Counted from the stretch's first letter, positions 41,283-51,513 are shown. The stretch is 64,000 nucleotides of DNA from Polyangiaceae bacterium (GCA_044222475.1 JBGANF010000012.1:39309-103308), one strand, 5' to 3'. Made by a program: numbers and translations. Notes: a model not told the origin generated them from the sequence alone.

Positions 41283-42464
41283 ATGGAGACGCCCATCGTC
41301 CACGGTCACGTCGCGCCCGGCTTCGAGGAGGTGCGGCTGGAGTTCGAGCGCAATTTCACGAACCGCGGCGAGATCGGCGCCGCGGTGGCCGCGTACTGGC
41401 ACGGCGAGAAGGTCGTCGATCTATGGGGCGGACGTCGCACGCCCGAAGGCGACGCGCCGTGGAACGAAGACACGATGGTCGTCGTCATGTCGAGCACCAA
41501 GGGCCTGTCGGCCATGACGCTCGCGATCGCGAACGCGCGCGGCTGGCTCGACTACGACGCGCCGGTCGCTCGGTATTGGCCGGAGTTCGCGCAGGAAGGA
41601 AAGGAAGCCATCACGGTGCGCCAGCTCCTCGGTCACGAGGCCGGGCTCGTCCTGCTCGACGAAGAGCTGCCGATCGCGAGGATGCACGACCTCGATGGCG
41701 TCGCTCAGATGCTCGCGCGGCAGAAGCCGGCGTGGAAGCCGGGCACGAAGCACGGCTATCACGCGATGACGATCGGTCTCTACATGCAGGAGATCATCCG
41801 TCACGTGGACCCGAAGCACCGCACGCTCGGTCGCTTCTTCCACGAGGAGCTCGCGGTTCCGCTGAAGGTCGACTTCTACATCGGGTTGCCTCCCGCGATC
41901 CCCGACGAGCGCATCGCGACGGTTCAGCCGCTCAGTCCGGCGCGCGCGATCTTCGCGCTCGGTCACACGCCGCACCAGTTCGTCGAGAGGGTGCTGTGGC
42001 CGTGGTCTCTGCTCCGCGAGTCGCTGATGATCCCATCCGACTTGGACTACACCCAGCGGCGCGGCCTCGAGATCGAGCTTCCGGCCGGCAACGGAGTCGG
42101 CACTGCGCGGGGGATGGCGCGCGCGTACGCGGTGTTCGCCGAAGGCGGCGCGGAGCTCGGCATCACGCCCGAGACGATGGCCCGCCTCACGGCGGTCTAC
42201 GAGTTCGCGCGGCCGAAGGACGCGGTGTTCGGACTGCCGGCGTACTACTCGCTCGGCTTCCTGCGGCCGGGCCCGAACCTCGCGTTCGGGTCGACGGAGC
42301 GCGCGTTCGGCACGCCGGGGGCGGGCGGCTCGTTCGCGTTCGCCGATCCGGACGCGCACCTCGGCTACGCGTACGTGATGAACAAGCTCGACTTCTACCT
42401 GACCGACGATCCGCGCGAGAAGTCTCTGCGCGACGCGATCTACCGCGCGTTGGCGCGCGCGTGA
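41283..42464 (+). CDS. Serine hydrolase (beta-lactamase class C-like esterase)
   Basis: SSTK (SxxK), HGYH, PGAGGS. Confidence 0.9.
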   Translation: METPIVHGHVAPGFEEVRLEFERNFTNRGEIGAAVAAYWHGEKVVDLWGGRRTPEGDAPWNEDTMVVVMSSTKGLSAMTLAIANARGWLDYDAPVARYWPEFAQEGKEAITVRQLLGHEAGLVLLDEELPIARMHDLDGVAQMLARQKPAWKPGTKHGYHAMTIGLYMQEIIRHVDPKHRTLGRFFHEELAVPLKVDFYIGLPPAIPDERIATVQPLSPARAIFALGHTPHQFVERVLWPWSLLRESLMIPSDLDYTQRRGLEIELPAGNGVGTARGMARAYAVFAEGGAELGITPETMARLTAVYEFARPKDAVFGLPAYYSLGFLRPGPNLAFGSTERAFGTPGAGGSFAFADPDAHLGYAYVMNKLDFYLTDDPREKSLRDAIYRALARA

Positions 42465-42473
42465 CTTGGCGCG

Positions 42474-43772
42474 CTACGACTCCATGCGCAGCGTCTTCGG
42501 CGCGCCGAGCGCGCCGGCGGGATGAAACGTGAGGAGCAACGTGAACACCCGCAGCGCCGACTTCGAAGAGGCCTTCGGTGCCTTCTTCGGGAGGAACCTG
42601 GCGAGGACGTCGTAGGAGCCGTTCGGGACGACGAACGGATCCTCGTCGTCGCCGGTGACGCTCGAGAGGAGTAGCGGACCGCGGACCGTGATCGGGAACG
42701 TCACCGCTTGGACGACTCCGTCGAGCGTGGCCTTCGTCTCGTTCGACAGCGAGATCTCAACGTCGACGTAGTCCGTGTCGGTCGGCGTGCCGATGCCGAC
42801 CATCGTCGGAAAGAGCGACATGCCCTTCGCGCTGTCGTCGGGCTTCTGGAAATGCACGTGCTCCTTCTCGGTCGCGTCGAGCGTCTCCGGACCGAGGTGC
42901 ACCTGGCTGTACTCGCACGTGACGCGACGCTTCTGCACCTTCGGGATCGCCGTCGCCGGCACCGCCGACATCGCGACCGTGAGCGCTTCGTCGAGCGCCT
43001 TCATCGCGGCGTCGAGGTCGCCCTCCGAGAGACCGATCGTCTCGCGCAGGTCACCGCGGACGATGCTCGCCGCGACGGCCGGCAGGCACAGCGCCGACTG
43101 AATCAGGAACGACTCGCTCTCGAACCGGTGCCCATGGCGGGCGAGCCACGCGGGGATGCGCGCTTCCCCGCCGTTGCGGAGCGCCAAATCGAGCGCGAGG
43201 ACGAGCTCGTCTCCGTACGCGGCGCCGCGTTGGTCCGGTGCGAGATCGTCGAGCAGATCCGCGATGCGGGCGAGCGCCTCCTTCTCGTTGCCCTCGTCGA
43301 CGAGCCGCTGAATGCGCCGCCATCGATCGATCGAACGCCACGGATCGTCGAGCTTCTTCTTCATCCACGCGTCGGTGGTCGGCAGCTCGCCGGAGTACGC
43401 GTTCATCGTGAGCCGGCCGCGCACCGTCGTCTCGGCTTCGGCGACGCGCTCGGCGAGCGGACCTCGTGACGTGACGGTGCGCTCGTGGCGAGGGAGCCCG
43501 CCGGTGCGATCGCCGAGCTTCGCCGCGTGGCAGAACCCGTCGAGCGCGGCGGTCGACAGCGCGGACGCGACGTCGGTCGGAGCGGGCGAGCGCGAGCCGT
43601 ACATCCACCCGACGATCGTCGTCGCGCGAGGCACGTCCCCGGCGGCGGCGACGATCTCGAACGCGTCGAAGAGGATTCGATGGAGCTTCTTCGGCTTCGC
43701 CTTCGCCATCTCCTTGGCGAGCTTGCCGAGTCGCACCGCAAACGGGTTCGCTTTCTTCTTCTTCGTGGCCAC
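42474..43772 (-). CDS. Hypothetical protein with possible C-terminal ComJ-like domain
   Basis: EYSQV..KGMS..VQAVTFP..VPNGSYDV pattern recalled from ComJ-like proteins; start approximate. Confidence 0.55.
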   Translation of the reverse strand: MATKKKKANPFAVRLGKLAKEMAKAKPKKLHRILFDAFEIVAAAGDVPRATTIVGWMYGSRSPAPTDVASALSTAALDGFCHAAKLGDRTGGLPRHERTVTSRGPLAERVAEAETTVRGRLTMNAYSGELPTTDAWMKKKLDDPWRSIDRWRRIQRLVDEGNEKEALARIADLLDDLAPDQRGAAYGDELVLALDLALRNGGEARIPAWLARHGHRFESESFLIQSALCLPAVAASIVRGDLRETIGLSEGDLDAAMKALDEALTVAMSAVPATAIPKVQKRRVTCEYSQVHLGPETLDATEKEHVHFQKPDDSAKGMSLFPTMVGIGTPTDTDYVDVEISLSNETKATLDGVVQAVTFPITVRGPLLLSSVTGDDEDPFVVPNGSYDVLARFLPKKAPKASSKSALRVFTLLLTFHPAGALGAPKTLRMES

Positions 43773-43783
43773 GATGGGGAACG

Positions 43784-44770
43784 CTAACAAACCGCTTGCG
43801 ACACCACCACCGGGCGCACGAGCTCCACCATCGCGGCGTTGAACTTGGCCGGCTCGTCGACGAACGGCTCGTGCCCCGAGTGATCGAACCAGAACAGCTT
43901 CTTCGACGGGGCCTTCAGCGCGTCGAAGTACTCGACGCTCGCCTGCGGCGGGACCCACGGGTCCTTTCGGCCGAGGAAGAAGAAGACGGGCATCTTCAGC
44001 TCCGGCACGGCCTGGAGCAGGTTCAGACGCGACACCTCGGGCCACATCGCGTCGATGGAGAACTCGAAGCCTCTCATCGTGGTCCTCAGGTCGAGGATCG
44101 AGGACTCCGGAGAGAACATCGCTCGCACGGCGTTCCACATCGAACGCGCGCCGAGCTGCTTGGTCGCGCGCAGGGAAAGCGTGCGCTCGGCGAAGAGCTT
44201 CTTCCTCGTGTGGGGAGGCGGCCCGAGCGCGGAGAGCTTCTCGACCACCCTTCGATCGTGGTTGCGCTCCGCCGCGGCGAGGGCGAGCGACCACGACGCC
44301 ATCTCGGCCGCCGGCCAGTCGCCGATTTGGGCGGCGCCGACGTAGGTCGCGACCTTCTCGGGGAACCGCGCGGCGTACAGCACGCCGAGGGCGGTGCCCC
44401 ACGAGTGTCCGAGGAGCACGACCTTCGTCGCACCGACGCGCTTTCGCACCCAGTCGACGAGCTCGTCGAGATCGGCGACGAACCGATCGACCGTCATGGA
44501 CGATCGCTGCAGCGTCTGGTCGAACGATTTTCCGGCGCCGCGCTGATCCCAATAGACGACGGTGAAGCTCTTCTCGAGCACCGAGTTGAAGGCGCGGAAG
44601 AAGCCGGTGTCGCTGAAGCCGGGCCCACCATGGAGGAGGATCAGCGGTGGGTTCTTCACGCTCTCGCCGCGGACCATGACCCACTGGTCGACGCCGCCGA
44701 GCCGAAGCGCATGGATCTCGGCGATGCTGCCGGGCACGCCGAACGGGGTCGTCTTTCCCAAGCGTCTCAT
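43784..44770 (-). CDS. Alpha/beta hydrolase (proline iminopeptidase-like)
   Basis: LHGGPG, WDQRGAG, GHSWG, SGHEP. Confidence 0.9.
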   Translation of the reverse strand: MRRLGKTTPFGVPGSIAEIHALRLGGVDQWVMVRGESVKNPPLILLHGGPGFSDTGFFRAFNSVLEKSFTVVYWDQRGAGKSFDQTLQRSSMTVDRFVADLDELVDWVRKRVGATKVVLLGHSWGTALGVLYAARFPEKVATYVGAAQIGDWPAAEMASWSLALAAAERNHDRRVVEKLSALGPPPHTRKKLFAERTLSLRATKQLGARSMWNAVRAMFSPESSILDLRTTMRGFEFSIDAMWPEVSRLNLLQAVPELKMPVFFFLGRKDPWVPPQASVEYFDALKAPSKKLFWFDHSGHEPFVDEPAKFNAAMVELVRPVVVSQAVC

Positions 44771-44777
44771 GCCGACC

Positions 44778-45950
44778 TCACAGCCACGGAAGGAGCACGC
44801 GCTTCTTGTACGCGGGGTACTCGTCGGGGAACTGCGCCGCGAGGTCGCGCTCCTCGGCCGGCGCGAAGCGGCGCGAGGAGAGGTACAGCGCCAGGCCGAT
44901 CGCGAACCCGACCCACGAGCCGAAGACCATGCCCACGCCGGGGATCACCAGGAGAGCGACCGACGTGTAGAGCGGGTGGATCAGGATCGCGAAGGGCCCG
45001 GTCGTGATGAGCTTCCCCTTGGGGACGTACACGAGGATTTGCACCGCCGAGCCGATCCACATCGGCACGCCGAGCGCGAGGAGCACCACACCGATCGGGA
45101 TGCCCACCGTGCCCACGTGGAACGCGGCGGGCCACAGGACGTTCGCGACGATCCCGAGGACGGCGAACGGCAGCGTGTACAGCATGATGCGATCGCCTGC
45201 GCCGACGAGGAGCTTGATCTGCGCGCGGAGGCCGCCGCCGGTCTTTGCGCCGTCCCGCCGGTGCGCGCGGAGGAGCGCGGCGGCGAACGCGATGACCCAG
45301 ACGTAGAAGATGCCGATGTTGACGCGCTCCCAGACGCCCATCCACGGCGTGGGTAGATTGAGGTCGACGTTCGGTGCGTCCCGGCTGGTCAGCGTGCCGA
45401 ACGCGAGCATCGCGCCGATCGAGAGCACGGTGAACGCGCGGAAGCGCCACCGGAAATGAGCGGCGGCGAAGCCCATCGCGACCATCGAGAGGAGACCCCA
45501 CGCCGCGGTCCACACGATGTGGAGCGTGTCGCTCACCGTGCCGCCGCCGGCGGCGAGCACCGGCCGGAGGTGCATCGGCGGCCAGAAGATCCCGAGCACC
45601 GCGCTGACGAACACGAGCGCGCCGGCGACGCGGAGAGCCCGCGAGCCCTTGCCCTCGATCCAGATGCCGGCGCCGAACGCGCCGTACAGCGCCGTGTAGA
45701 GGAAGCCGAGGCCGACCCACACCGGTCGGGTGGGAGCGTCGATGGCGGAGAGCTCGCTCACGGTCTGCCACGACGAGTCGTACTCGGGCCACAGGTACGG
45801 AACGAACGCGTTCATCGCTCCGTACACGAGCGACGACGCGATCCCGCAGACGAGCAAGGCCCGTTGCAGCGAGGCGCGGGTCGAGCTGGGGGCGGCGGTG
45901 GAGGGTCCGTGGGTGGTGGCCAGAGCTCCCATGGCCTCGTGCCCATGCAT
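44778..45950 (-). CDS. DUF998-like membrane domain fused to ICMT/PEMT-like domain
   Basis: QTVSELSA..GVWER; LITTGPF..HPLY..EE..L..F..EY..Y. Confidence 0.75.
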   Translation of the reverse strand: MHGHEAMGALATTHGPSTAAPSSTRASLQRALLVCGIASSLVYGAMNAFVPYLWPEYDSSWQTVSELSAIDAPTRPVWVGLGFLYTALYGAFGAGIWIEGKGSRALRVAGALVFVSAVLGIFWPPMHLRPVLAAGGGTVSDTLHIVWTAAWGLLSMVAMGFAAAHFRWRFRAFTVLSIGAMLAFGTLTSRDAPNVDLNLPTPWMGVWERVNIGIFYVWVIAFAAALLRAHRRDGAKTGGGLRAQIKLLVGAGDRIMLYTLPFAVLGIVANVLWPAAFHVGTVGIPIGVVLLALGVPMWIGSAVQILVYVPKGKLITTGPFAILIHPLYTSVALLVIPGVGMVFGSWVGFAIGLALYLSSRRFAPAEERDLAAQFPDEYPAYKKRVLLPWL

Positions 45951-46057
45951 CAGGCGGACCGTTGCTCTTTCGGCGTCATTTCGCGGCCGCCTCGATGGGC
46001 GACCGCACCTGCTTCGTGTCTGCGCAGGGAATGCGCGCGTGAGGTATGGTTTTCGCC

Positions 46058-46468
46058 ATGGCGACGAAGAAGACAGACGCCACGTCGGCGTCGGAGCTGA
46101 TCACGCAGCGAATCGCCGAGCTGGGCGATTGGCGGGGCAAGACGCTCGGCAAGCTCCGCGCGATGATCAAGGCGGCCGATCCCGACGTCGTCGAGGAGTG
46201 GAAGTGGGGCATCCCAGTTTGGTCCCACGATGGGATTGTCTGCACTGGAGAGACCTACAAGACGCACGTGAAGACGACGTTCGCGAAGGGCGCGTTCGTG
46301 AAGGATCCGTCGAAGCTGTTCAACTCGAGCCTCGAGGGGAATCTGCGCCGCGCGATCGACATCCACGAGGGTGAGACGATCGACGCGGCCGCGTTCAAGG
46401 CGTTGTTCAGAGCGGCGGTCGCGCTGAATGGGTCAGTGAAGAAGAAGACACCGGCGAAGCGGCGCTGA
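46058..46468 (+). CDS. DUF1801 protein
   Basis: DWRG..ADPDVVEEWKW..PVWSHDG..FNSSLEG. Confidence 0.9.
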   Translation: MATKKTDATSASELITQRIAELGDWRGKTLGKLRAMIKAADPDVVEEWKWGIPVWSHDGIVCTGETYKTHVKTTFAKGAFVKDPSKLFNSSLEGNLRRAIDIHEGETIDAAAFKALFRAAVALNGSVKKKTPAKRR

Positions 46469-46548
46469 CTGCGGCGCAAATCGTGCGCGGGCGGACGAGC
46501 ATTCGTGGGGAAATTCGAGCGGGCACGCGCGATGCACTCCGCGGGGTC

Positions 46549-47031
46549 ATGAACACGAGCCGCTTCGTCCTCACGGGTCTCGCCACCTCGTTCGTGAACC
46601 TCGCGCTGCACGGCGTCATCTACTTCGTGTTTCTGCGAGGCTTCTACGCGGCGCACCCGGGGGGCTCCGAGGAGCTCCAGAAGCAGCTCGTGAAGGGCGG
46701 CGATCAGCTCGTGGTGTGGTCGCTGCTTCTGTCCGCGCTCGCGCTCGGTTTCTTCATCACGGTCGTCGTGCGGTGGTCGGGAGCGAAGACCTTCGCGTCG
46801 GGCCTCGGAGCGGGGCTCCTGTTCGGCGGGCTCTACTGGGCGGGGATGGACTTCGGGCTGTATGCGTCCTCGAACACGTTCTCGCTGGCGTCGACGCTGG
46901 TCGACATCGCTTGCAGCACGCTGTGCATGGCCACGTCGGCAGGCTTCGCGGCGTGGATGCTGCACCGCGGAGATGCGCGCCGAACGAGCCGCGATGCGAG
47001 CGCGCACCCCGCCCGAGAAGCGACGGCGTAG
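46549..47031 (+). CDS. Membrane protein, 4 TM
   Basis: Hydrophobic pattern. Confidence 0.7.
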   Translation: MNTSRFVLTGLATSFVNLALHGVIYFVFLRGFYAAHPGGSEELQKQLVKGGDQLVVWSLLLSALALGFFITVVVRWSGAKTFASGLGAGLLFGGLYWAGMDFGLYASSNTFSLASTLVDIACSTLCMATSAGFAAWMLHRGDARRTSRDASAHPAREATA

Positions 47032-47199
47032 GAGGATCGAATGGATGCCCCGAGGGGCTCATCCTCCGCGCTCGTCACGCCAGCTTGTTTCGGTTTGCAC
47101 ACGTCTTGGTGCTGACGAGCACGGCGCTGCAACGTGCCGCACCTCGTCCCCACAAGAGCTTCTGATCCTTCTCCTTGATCGCCATCGGTCCCCCCAGCG

Positions 47200-48396
47200 T
47201 TAGTCGTCGTTGGCTTCGTCGTCGGTGTCATCTGCGTCTTCATCATCGAGCCAGCCCTCGCCGACCTCGACGGTGATCGTCACGGGCACGTCGATCGGCG
47301 TCGCGATGTTGTCGCCGAAGACCCGCGCCACCAGCGGGAGATGAAGGGGGACCGGACTACCGAGCCAGAAGGGCAGGCTCCATACCGTCGCATCCGGCTG
47401 GATCTTGCCGAGGCGGGCGTCGATCTCCCAGTGGTCGCCGCAGTCGTCCACGCTGGTGGTTCGTGTGCTGGGCCGCAGATGTGAGGCAAGCGAAACGACT
47501 TCCGGAAGGTCCAACGGGCCACGAGGTCGGTCGGGTAGCTCGTCCAGGACCCGCAACCCCTCGTTCTTCGGGATCTCGACGAGAACCCGAGCGTCCGCGA
47601 CGAGAATCTTCCCGGTGTTCTTCACGCAGAAGCCGAGACGCACCAGAAGGCCCAGCTCTTTTCTGTAGGCTGCGAGCTTCTCCGGGTCGACACGATTCAT
47701 GGAGAACCTGGTCGCCCGCGACATCGACCGGATCTGCTCTGCAAGGGCGAACTGGGCCCCAAGAGCGTTCCTCACGTAATCCGGCACGGGTGGCGGAGGG
47801 GGCCGTTCTTCCAAGACCATCGACCTGACCGTCGCGTGCGACCCCAGGATCGTCCGACCCTCGGGATCTCCCAGGTCGAGGGAGAGCTGCGGGACGTTGG
47901 CTACCGTCGATGCTGCTGCGGCCCCCATCCTTGCGATCTCTGTCGGATCGGCCTCGGCGGTGCTGCTGCCGCGACGGACGTAGACCACGTTCGCGCGAAG
48001 GCGACCAAACGGCCGCCTGAGGAACACGGGACGTTCCTGCGCCTTCCTGATCCGGATGACGCCGACGGGAAGGCCGTCAACGGCGATGGAGAGGTACTCA
48101 AAGGACACCGGGACGTTGGTCTTCGAGTTGACGAGCTGCTGAAGGTCCGCGTCGTTGAGGTGCCCGCCGACGCCGACGACATGGGCCCGACCGCCTGGGT
48201 TCTCGTTGGCACCGATGACCACGTGCGCGTCGTCCGTCTTCCAGGCGTTCGCGAACGCCAGCACGTCCTTGACCAGCTCGGACTTCTCCTCGTCCGATGC
48301 TCCCGCGAGCGGGTACTGGTCCCGCTTGAAGTCGAGGACATCACTCTCGCTCATGTTGAGCAACGTCTCGACCAGGCTGGGATCCAAGAGCGTCAC
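47200..48396 (-). CDS. AlbA_2 (Schlafen-like) domain protein
   Basis: ESDVLDFK, ELVKDVLAFAN, VIG, YVRRGSST. Confidence 0.88.
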   Translation of the reverse strand: MTLLDPSLVETLLNMSESDVLDFKRDQYPLAGASDEEKSELVKDVLAFANAWKTDDAHVVIGANENPGGRAHVVGVGGHLNDADLQQLVNSKTNVPVSFEYLSIAVDGLPVGVIRIRKAQERPVFLRRPFGRLRANVVYVRRGSSTAEADPTEIARMGAAAASTVANVPQLSLDLGDPEGRTILGSHATVRSMVLEERPPPPPVPDYVRNALGAQFALAEQIRSMSRATRFSMNRVDPEKLAAYRKELGLLVRLGFCVKNTGKILVADARVLVEIPKNEGLRVLDELPDRPRGPLDLPEVVSLASHLRPSTRTTSVDDCGDHWEIDARLGKIQPDATVWSLPFWLGSPVPLHLPLVARVFGDNIATPIDVPVTITVEVGEGWLDDEDADDTDDEANDD

Positions 48397-48407
48397 AGGG
48401 TTGGTCC

Positions 48408-48986
48408 CTACGAGAGCGGGTCAACGACGCCAAACAGCTCCCGGAGCTTCGCAACGGAGCGAACGAGGCCCTGATCACGAAGCGTATCGAGAAGCTCACC
48501 GACCGTGCGTCGCGGACTCCGGAGACCGGCCGCCTGTTCGCTGACCACCGTCGTCACGAGCCCAGGCGCGAGGTCGATCGCATCAAGGACGAACTCATCC
48601 GGGTGCTTGGCCTCGACGTTGTAGGGAGCGAGCTTCTCGTCGGGGAAGTCCTTCAAGTTGAACGTGACGATGCTCTGGGCCCCCGCACAGATGGCAGCCG
48701 CGAGAACGTGTCGGTCGTCGCGGTCCGGGAGGTCGAGACCTTCGACAAGAGCGTCGAAGCCCGTGACCAGGCAATCCGGGACGGCCTGGGTCATCAGCTC
48801 GCGTGTGCGCTTGAGCGACTCGGGCTTCAGGTCGGGCCGGTTCTCCAAGATGTTGCGGAAGCACTCGTCGAGAATCAGCTCCGACCACCGTGCGCGTACG
48901 ATGCCGGTGTTGGCGAGCCGGACGAGGAGGTCGCGAAGTGGCGCCGGGTACAGGACGCAAGCGTCGTAGAGCACAACGAACGCCAT
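48408..48986 (-). CDS. PIN-domain nuclease (PIN_3/VapC50-like)
   Basis: YDACVLYP, PDRDDRHVLAAA, IVTFNLKDFP. Confidence 0.92.
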   Translation of the reverse strand: MAFVVLYDACVLYPAPLRDLLVRLANTGIVRARWSELILDECFRNILENRPDLKPESLKRTRELMTQAVPDCLVTGFDALVEGLDLPDRDDRHVLAAAICAGAQSIVTFNLKDFPDEKLAPYNVEAKHPDEFVLDAIDLAPGLVTTVVSEQAAGLRSPRRTVGELLDTLRDQGLVRSVAKLRELFGVVDPLS

Positions 48987-48995
48987 CGCGTGCCC

Positions 48996-49451
48996 TCAGT
49001 ACCCAAGCCCGTGCTTCTCTGCTTCGGCGGTCAGCTCGTCCAGCACGGCTTTCCGATGTGCGTCGTCCCTCTGCTTGTACTCGACGAGATCGGCCACCCG
49101 AACACGGCGATGCGTCCCGACGAGGCGGAACGGGATCTTCCCCTCATCGAGCAAGCTCACGAGAAAGGGCCGCGAGACGTTGAGGAGGTCGGCCGCCTGC
49201 TGCGTCGTCAGCTCAGCATGGACGGGGACGATGGTGACGGCGTTTCCGTTCGCCATCTGCCCCAGGACCTCCAGGAACAGCTCGAACGCCTCACGCGGAA
49301 CCGTGACCGGAACCGCAGGCCCTTCGCCCTCTGGCTGGACCTGTACCGTACGGGACGCTTTCCGGCGCGGGAGGGCTGCGAGCGCCCGCAACGCGACCTT
49401 TGCTTCTTCCGACGCCTTGGCGGTGGGCAGCTTCACGGGGGAGGTCTGCAT
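48996..49451 (-). CDS. Excisionase-like HTH_17 DNA-binding protein (antitoxin-like partner of PIN)
   Basis: [29 protein letters not shown]. Confidence 0.92.
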   Translation of the reverse strand: MQTSPVKLPTAKASEEAKVALRALAALPRRKASRTVQVQPEGEGPAVPVTVPREAFELFLEVLGQMANGNAVTIVPVHAELTTQQAADLLNVSRPFLVSLLDEGKIPFRLVGTHRRVRVADLVEYKQRDDAHRKAVLDELTAEAEKHGLGY

Positions 49452-49475
49452 CTCGCTGATCAAGCTAGCGCACCA

Positions 49476-49511
49476 TCGAAACAAGTGCAACAATCGAAGC
49501 TAACGAAACAG
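49476..49511. promoter_or_regulatory. Four tandem imperfect 9-bp direct repeats, putative HTH_17 operator
   Basis: TCGAAACAA GTGCAACAA TCGAAGCTA ACGAAACAG in the divergent intergenic region. Confidence 0.6.
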
Positions 49512-49537
49512 ATCGGTCGGCAGAGCGAGGTAGCGCG

Positions 49538-50446
49538 GTGGCAGAATTGAGCATCAAAGACGGGGCGGCAGCGAACCGGATCGCGGCGAGGCTCGGCCCC
49601 ACGGTCACCAACTCGATCATCGATGGGCTCGCTCGCGAGCTGGGCTTCCGGCCCCTTCAAGCATCGAACAAGGTTCGGAAGATCCACCTGATGCTGGCGG
49701 AGCTGCTTGCCGATGGTCGCTCTCGGGCGACGGCGAGCAAGGCCATCGTGACTTTGACGATGGAGGGGCATCATCGAACGGTCGCCGGGCAGGCTGAGAT
49801 GACCGTTGACGACGTTGACGTGATCGTCGCGGACATGAAGGCGATCGGCATCCCTACAGGCGACCTCGCGCGTGCGGGATGGCGTTCCGGGCTCAAGAAC
49901 CCCAGCCACGCCAACGGGAACAGCCCGGGCACGCCGGGCGCCCACGCGCCATCGGTGACAGGCCCGCGACCTCAGCGCCATGATCAGGCGCTTGCCTACC
50001 TGGCTCAACTCACGATGGACGATTCCCGGCCGCAACAGCGGGGCCGCGAGCTGGAGAAGATCGTCTTCGAGCTTCTCCTGAAGGAAGCCCTCCAACCGAC
50101 CGGCAACATCGTGAACGCAGGTGAGCAGATCGACCTCGCGTTCATCCTCGACGGGCACCACTACCTGGTGGAGTGCAAATGGGAAGCCCAGCCTGTCGGC
50201 CTCCCGGTCGTGACGGCCTTCAGTGCGAAGGTCGCGAGGAAGGCTGAGGGGACGTTCGGGCTCCTGCTCTCGATGTCGGGGTTCGTCCGCAACATCAACG
50301 AGACCGCCACCCGAGGGTCGCGCTTGAACTGCATCGGTATCGCTCACCAGCACCTCATCGATGCGCTGGAAGGCCGAACGACGTTCACAGCGATCGTCAA
50401 GGCAGCACGCGCGTCGGCGAGCACCCGAGCCACGTTCTTTGCGTGA
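49538..50446 (+). CDS. Mrr-like restriction endonuclease with N-terminal helical domain
   Basis: RGRELE, EQID..YLVECKW, GLLLSMSGF. Confidence 0.85.
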   Translation: MAELSIKDGAAANRIAARLGPTVTNSIIDGLARELGFRPLQASNKVRKIHLMLAELLADGRSRATASKAIVTLTMEGHHRTVAGQAEMTVDDVDVIVADMKAIGIPTGDLARAGWRSGLKNPSHANGNSPGTPGAHAPSVTGPRPQRHDQALAYLAQLTMDDSRPQQRGRELEKIVFELLLKEALQPTGNIVNAGEQIDLAFILDGHHYLVECKWEAQPVGLPVVTAFSAKVARKAEGTFGLLLSMSGFVRNINETATRGSRLNCIGIAHQHLIDALEGRTTFTAIVKAARASASTRATFFA

Positions 50447-50499
50447 CCGTGGGTGCCCCGCTTCGAGCCTAGCCATCGAACAAGCCTTCGAGGGGTCAC

Positions 50500-50716
50500 C
50501 TTCCTCTTCATGAGGCTGAAGAGCCGTGAGGGGCGCTCGCTGCATGGCCCGAATCATCGTCGGCACGTGGACGAACCAGCGCGTGTCGACCTTGAAGGCG
50601 TCGGTCATCCCCTTGTTCGCAAGCACGTAGGCCTGCTGCTTGTCGACCTTGAGGATCTCGCGGGCAACCCTCAGAAGCGGCATCAGCTTGGGGAACCGAC
50701 GAACCGGCGGGCTCAT
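50500..50716 (-). pseudogene. Small excisionase/HTH-like ORF, probably truncated (no nearby stop)
   Basis: RVAREILKVDKQQAYVLANKG..FKVDTRWFV; GAGGAG RBS; frame reads on antisense through the Mrr gene. Confidence 0.4.
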
Positions 50717-50827
50717 CGGATGCTCTCCTCGCGGATGCCCTCGGTAGCTCAGGTGGCGCTCTGCTCGACTGCCTGGGCAACAGCCCGACGTACGAACTCG
50801 CCCAGGGTGAGCCCCTGCCGGGACGCC

Positions 50828-50926
50828 AGTCGAAGCACCAGAGAGCCCGGCGTCCTCCTCCAAGGAAACCAGATCGATGCCTTGGTACTTGCACCAGCCG
50901 GCGATCTTCTCTCGTTGGACCCCGAG
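50828..50926 (-). pseudogene. Serine recombinase N-terminal fragment
   Basis: QREKIAGWCKYQGIDLVSLEEDAGLSGAS resembles the resolvase Q..I..Y/W....L....ED.G.SG segment; the YxRxS motif and remainder are missing. Confidence 0.55.
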
Positions 50927-51252
50927 CCTCGTTCGGTCGAGCGACGGTTCCAGCAACAACTACGCCCGGCTTCTCCTCGGAGAGAAGCTCGGCCCGCACG
51001 CGCTCGATCCGCTTCAGGCCGGCGTCTTCCTCGGCGCCCTGAGCCCGGTGGCGGTGGGGGACCACGACGACGCCCCGCGAGGACAGTGACCATTTCAGCA
51101 TGGAGCGCGGCACAGATTGCACGCTACCTCGATCCACGTAGACGTTGCGCACATGGGAGTGGCGCAGCGCCGGCTCGGAAGTGGCGACGCCACCCCCGAG
51201 CCATCGAATCGTGCGAGGAATTGCGCGGCATGGCGTTCGCATCGCCGAGGGC

Positions 51253-51513
51253 ATGAGCCTGGCAAGGGAACGTTTGTCCGCATGCGGTCGGTTCGTGGTG
51301 CTCGACCAGCTCCACGTCGACCGTAACGTGTTCGAATCGATCGTGAGGTGGGGCGCCGCGCGCGGGCTCCGATCCCAGGACGCTGTTCAGCTCGCGCTGT
51401 GCGCCTTCCGGGACGGCGTTTGCGAGCGCGAAGCTACTTCCCCTGCCCTCGGAACGAGAGCACCACCGCCGGGTCCGGCTTCTTCGCGTTCTTCATCGCG
51501 TAGATCCTCATGA
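51253..51513 (+). CDS. Small hypothetical protein (possible DNA-binding)
   Basis: GAGG RBS; helical ESIVRWGAARGLRSQDAVQLAL; overlaps the end of the opposite gene. Confidence 0.35.
   Translation: MSLARERLSACGRFVVLDQLHVDRNVFESIVRWGAARGLRSQDAVQLALCAFRDGVCEREATSPALGTRAPPPGPASSRSSSRRSS

Noticed and set aside
41283..42464. Antibiotic-resistance beta-lactamase
   Set aside because: Motifs fit the broad esterase-like serine hydrolase family; nothing supports beta-lactam specificity.
47032..47199. tRNA or att site at the left island edge
   Set aside because: Only a small hairpin is visible; no cloverleaf or matching direct repeat was found by eye.
49460..50959. 499-aa minus-strand ORF as one gene
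   Set aside because: Two-thirds is antisense to the Mrr-like gene; the rest is a mosaic of fragments.
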